NCBI GenBank assembly: GCA_003344405.1
Contig: NOWV01000163.1
Coordinates: 124,001 to 179,575, forward strand
Length of the DNA stretch: 55,575 nucleotides
DNA from: Trichoplax sp. H2
Lineage: Eukaryota
Direction: 5' to 3'
The position numbers were made by a program, and so were the translations under genes. Below, piece after piece: positions 51,076-55,575 of the stretch (position 1 is the stretch's first letter; each line of letters opens with the position of its first letter). The notes under the pieces were generated by a model. That model did not search any database. It was not told the origin of the DNA and saw only the letters and a program-made list of their open reading frames with translations.

Positions 51076-52104
51076 ATGATAAATTCTAAAATTACTGTGT
51101 TCGATATTGGAATATTTTATGCTGAAGCAAATACAACAATGATTGTTGGTCTCCTTGCGATGGTTTTAAATCTTATTGTAGGCGTAGCATTTATTAAAGG
51201 CAAGCGACTGAATACTCCGGCTTCGTTATTTTTGGCTAACTTAACAGTAACTGATTTAGTTTGTGCATTATCGTTAATTCTTGATTCTATAACGAATTAT
51301 ATACTCTTGAAGATGCCTATGAACACCCAATACGTTGATTCGCTTTGCAAATTTAGTAACTTCCTATGCGGTCTATCCTATATTACTTTAAGTGCAAGTC
51401 TGTCGGGCCTTAGTACTGAAAGATATAATGTAATCGTACGTACTAAGAGTAAAGGCTTCCAAATTAGAACTGCAAAGATCATGGTTGGTTTAATTTGGAT
51501 TTATGGAGCAGTTGTTGCTACTCCTCTTGTATTTGTTTTTGGAATCAATGTTATTATCGAAGATAAAGTTACAAATTACTCTAGATGCGTTTTATTACCA
51601 GAAAATTCTACGTTTAATACCATTTATTATTCAGCTGGTTTTATAGGGTTGTTTTTATTGCCATTTATGTCCATGCTTTATGCATATTACAAAATTGCTA
51701 TGAGAATATATAGTAATAAGCGTCCTGGTGAATCTGCTATTCGTGTTATGACTACTCGTGAAAAAAGCAAGCGCCGCCAAATTATCATTTTATTCTTTAT
51801 GAGTATGGCTTTTATGCTGTCATCTCTCCCTTACTTTGTATTATTACTAATCGTTCCAATATATAGCCTAGATGGCATTAATATATATCATGAAAGTCGA
51901 ATTTTTTGGATTATGTACGTAACTGCTAAATTACTCTATACATGCTCTTGTTTGTATGATCCTATATTGTATAATTTTATTAGACTAAATTTCCGAAAGT
52001 CGTTTAAAGACACTTTCAATCCTTGCAGTCCAAAACCTAAGGCTCAAATTCATCCAACTGGCTCATCAAAAGTGGGTACAACGGAAATTGTTGGCTTTAA
52101 GTGA
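51076..52104 (+). CDS. Class A GPCR, cluster gene 7 (different subfamily), orphan
   Basis: MVLN, NLTVTDL, TM3 Cys plus ERY, TM4 Trp, ECL2 Cys, LP..YxY in TM5 and DPILY. The track start at 51031 is TTG; the first in-frame ATG is 51076. Confidence 0.94.
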   Translation: MINSKITVFDIGIFYAEANTTMIVGLLAMVLNLIVGVAFIKGKRLNTPASLFLANLTVTDLVCALSLILDSITNYILLKMPMNTQYVDSLCKFSNFLCGLSYITLSASLSGLSTERYNVIVRTKSKGFQIRTAKIMVGLIWIYGAVVATPLVFVFGINVIIEDKVTNYSRCVLLPENSTFNTIYYSAGFIGLFLLPFMSMLYAYYKIAMRIYSNKRPGESAIRVMTTREKSKRRQIIILFFMSMAFMLSSLPYFVLLLIVPIYSLDGINIYHESRIFWIMYVTAKLLYTCSCLYDPILYNFIRLNFRKSFKDTFNPCSPKPKAQIHPTGSSKVGTTEIVGFK

Positions 52105-54056
52105 TAATCATGATCAAAAATTATTAAATATATCTAGGAATTTGACTATCGCGTGGCTATGGGTAATGCTTGCATTATAATTTATTTAAAGCCTAATTTT
52201 AATATTCGTAGAAATAAGCCTTTAGAAAATATTTTATGGTTCAGTATATCCTTGGCGTCTTAATAATATTATCTGAATCACGAAATATCTGCTATGACAT
52301 AACGCTACCCTTAATTTGTATTTATACAGCAATAAAATTAGCTTTAAAACACAAATGGGATAAAAAATTAAAATTCTGTAATAAATATCATAATATAGCG
52401 GAAGGAATTTACTGTATACTAGACCTACCTCCTAGATCGATTGTTATCTAGTGCGATTAAAAATTTCATGTAATGGAATGCAAATGTCTGCAATAGCCAT
52501 TTTTACAGCTCTAAAAATTTGCTCTCATTATTCATGATAAAGTAAAATAAGTATAAGCATTGTTAAAATGCTAACTCAGGAAGGAAATAGTTAGCCAATT
52601 TACGCCTCGTATGTGTTTTTTAATTCATGTCAAAACCTTTAATGTCTACATTTACCCAGAAAAATTTCATGAATTTAGAACGATATTGTTGTTACAAGGT
52701 ACCTGTGTTATAATTTGCTAGTCAGCATTGCTTATGGAAGTAAAATAGATGAGAATTAGAAGTAGTTCGAATGGAACTGTAGCATATTGTTCCTAATATA
52801 TGCAGTAAATAATGTAATTGTAGTATTTCCTGATATTATATTTGAAGTAAATCTGTATTTTGATGTACGAGCATATCAGCAAAAGCCAAAGGTAACATTT
52901 CTGTTACCATTTAGCTTCTACTTACGCATATTTAAAAGTCCATCTATTATATCACATGAGTTCGTAATTTATTAATTAATTACTTAAATTTCTAAATAAG
53001 GTATACTCGTATTACATATGTGTGTACACTGTAAAATTTCGATCTTTATGCAGGTATCTATTTATGCTATTGAATGGCTGAGAATGACTAATAAAAAATG
53101 AATATTATCAATGTTGCTTTATAGTAATTGCCTTATTTACTTAATTTGGAAGTTAATTTATTTCAGATTATCCTTTTATGGTATGATAATTTAGATTACA
53201 ATTAAATTTCAAATATCATATTGTCAGTGTAATTGTAAAACCCACAAAAATGACTAATTATTATTTTTCATTACTCTAGATTCCTTAATCATATTTCTAT
53301 AAACTGTTTCGTACCATGTTCATGGTTCGTAATCGATTCTCGCTACAACATGCTACAACAAGTCTTACTTAACTGTATCAATAATTTTATTTTAATTGAT
53401 ATATCGCTCTACTGTAATTAGTCTCTAAGTAATGTATGCATTTAATTAATTAGAATTTCAGGTTTAGATTCACAAATAAATTATAGTAGTAATAACCTTT
53501 GATTCTTAAATTTCTGGCTGATTTTATCGTTATTACAGGATCAGTGGACAGTTTCCATTCGTTTTAATAGTAAGAATAAGATGATCAGAAATTCATCGTA
53601 ATATTAATTTTTAAATTTCCTAACAGTTCTAAATAATTGTCTGTCTCATATTCAAATTATGTACCTTATTTTCTAGCGAGATTAAAATGTATCAATAAAT
53701 CTTGATTTATTGACGTAATTGCAGCTCTAAAACTAATTCAGCTAGCAATGAAATTTTCAATGCATATAGACTGTTAACTTTGTTGGAAATATAGATCAGA
53801 CAATGAACTGCAATTCTTGCTCGAAGACTTATTGGTTACATATAACCGTTATGGCATTGTAGCGCCTCGGCAGTAGATTTCTTCAGTGATTATTAGTAAA
53901 ATAATTCTATAGATAGAAGTATTTGATACTGGTGAATAATATTGGAATTTGTATAGATATTTTACAGTCTTATGTATCGAGAAGAATTATCCGGTTTATC
54001 CTAGCCGATGGTCATTTCCAGCTTCGAATGATCTTCTGATAAAGAACTTACCATAT

Positions 54057-54498
54057 TGTCACAAACCAGCTTCGTGACAAAGATAACGTAAAACAAATCT
54101 CTAAATTACTAGAGTCACCGGGATTCAGTATCCCTTTACTATCTCACAAGAATTTAGACGCCTTTGCTTCTACGTTAAACTCAAGTAGACAATTGAGAAC
54201 TACTTTATTCAACTATCTGACGGGCTTATACACTCTTCTACCGCAGCTAACATTCATGAGTCATCTTATAAAAATACTTAGGTGAGAACATCTACTAAAT
54301 AATTATTCATATTCGGACTACAACTTGTCCATTCACAGAATCATTTCAGTACACATTACAGCACAGCATTAAATTTACTGTAACACATTTATAATTAGAG
54401 TAATTCCTATTGTAAGTAACTAGTTGTAATATATTATCACTATAATATATTCACCAAATTTAGATAGCTATTTCTTCACGGTAGTTCGTACCGGGACA
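54057..54498 (-). mobile_element. Solo LTR-like element, family A, reverse orientation, complete
   Basis: Reverse complement of 35236-35678; perfect TSD CATAT (54052-54056 and 54499-54503). Confidence 0.92.
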
Positions 54499-55109
54499 CA
54501 TATATAGAATGTAGTTTTATTTTGCATGGTTTTGTATGGAATTACGAAAGCTTAGAAATTGGCTAAGTCCAATTATCCGGTTAATCTTAGCCACTTTCAA
54601 CCGTTCTTATATGAGAGGAGAAGTAATTATACACCGGACTTCCTAAACGTATTTTGTATAGCGTTTTAATAAACCTTAGAAAAATTGGAGGCTATATCTT
54701 TATCAGCTATCATTATTGTGATACAGCGTGGTGTTTTGCTAACTTTGGCAAAGTAACCGAATATAATCAAAGTGAAGTAGGCAAGATCTTACAGGTGTAC
54801 CGCCATGAAACATTCATATATCGAATGTTTCTTCTTGCGTAATGAGCTTTCAGTGTTACGAAAAACATCTTGATACCAGATCTTCGAATCAAAATATCAT
54901 CTGAGACAGTTCAATGTGTATAATTATTAAAATTTTACTTACATGTTTTAGCTTAGGTAATACATTTCTAAGTCTGTAACATATCTAGTGATAAATTCCA
55001 TCCTTTATCTGGCCTTCGATAATTATAATAAATAATTATAATCAACGAAACCAAAAATTGCTATCACTATAAAGATTTACAGTTTGCAGTTGTTATAATA
55101 ATACGTTAC

Positions 55110-55575
55110 TGTGACAGTGTTATATACTGAATAAGCGTAGAAATATCTATGTTAGGATAATTCTGTTAGCCTATCCTTATTTATTTAACTTCTAAAATCA
55201 TCTACTTATAGGTGAAATCATTGTGATTATAACTTACTTGCGGTAGATTGTAAATTATCGTGGAAATGTTCCGTGATAGGGCATATCGTAATCTGACTAT
55301 TCCGTATTAGTCATTAGACGTCTACGTTCATAAATGCTGTTATCTGCATTAAGGGAGCAGTAGCTAAAATTAATACCTAATTCAGTGAATGCTTCCTAAG
55401 TAAATCGTACTAACTATGACTCATGAACTATTGAGAAAGAGCATATAAATGAAGTATATCGTGTAATAAAGTGGATTCTTAAACAAAGCGTTTAACGTAA
55501 AATACGAGGCGTCTAAGTCTTCGTGTAGTCAGCTAGTAGAGCAAAAGTGTTTGTGATAGTGCAGATATCGTTCCT
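55110..55575 (+). mobile_element. LTR-like element, family C, probably running off the window end
   Basis: Starts TGTGACAGTGTT and aligns to the reverse complement of 42377-42820 up to 55460, with an internal deletion. TATAAA then AATAAA. Right end not seen. Confidence 0.78.

Noticed and set aside
3159-52104. Opsin assignment for any of the receptors
   Set aside because: None has Lys at 7.43; the TM7 Lys of gene 7 counts to 7.39.
8409-54842. Remaining 60-90 aa intergenic ORFs, including 24201-24401 and 42541-42732
   Set aside because: No motifs, several have non-ATG starts, and two lie in LTRs (one of them across a gap); expected by chance.
1-55575. CRISPR array, tRNA/rRNA genes or prokaryotic operon
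   Set aside because: No regularly spaced repeats, cloverleaf or rRNA-like sequence seen; the gene structure is eukaryotic.

Overview
AT-rich eukaryotic (animal) scaffold with three 20-N assembly gaps. The composition and the run of intronless class A GPCRs would fit a placozoan such as Trichoplax, but that is inference only. The window holds a head-to-tail array of seven single-coding-exon rhodopsin-family GPCR genes, all on the + strand. Genes 1-5 form a clear paralog subfamily: GxKT in TM2, (N/V)RC(F/L)F in ECL2, CN(A/G)DE in ECL3 and ExAH...PPxxNPxCY in TM7. Their N-terminal and loop cysteines co-vary in a way that predicts an extra disulfide cage. Genes 6 and 7 are more distant, and genes 5 and 6 lack the DRY arginine. 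The spacers carry 13 solo-LTR-like TG...CA segments of four families (my labels A-D), most complete ones with 5-bp target-site duplications (TSDs). Each gap separates two ~3%-divergent copies of one locus, one with an LTR insertion and one without, which looks like uncollapsed haplotypes with heterozygous insertions. I recognised no RNA genes, CRISPR arrays or transposon coding sequence. All identity figures are by-eye counts.
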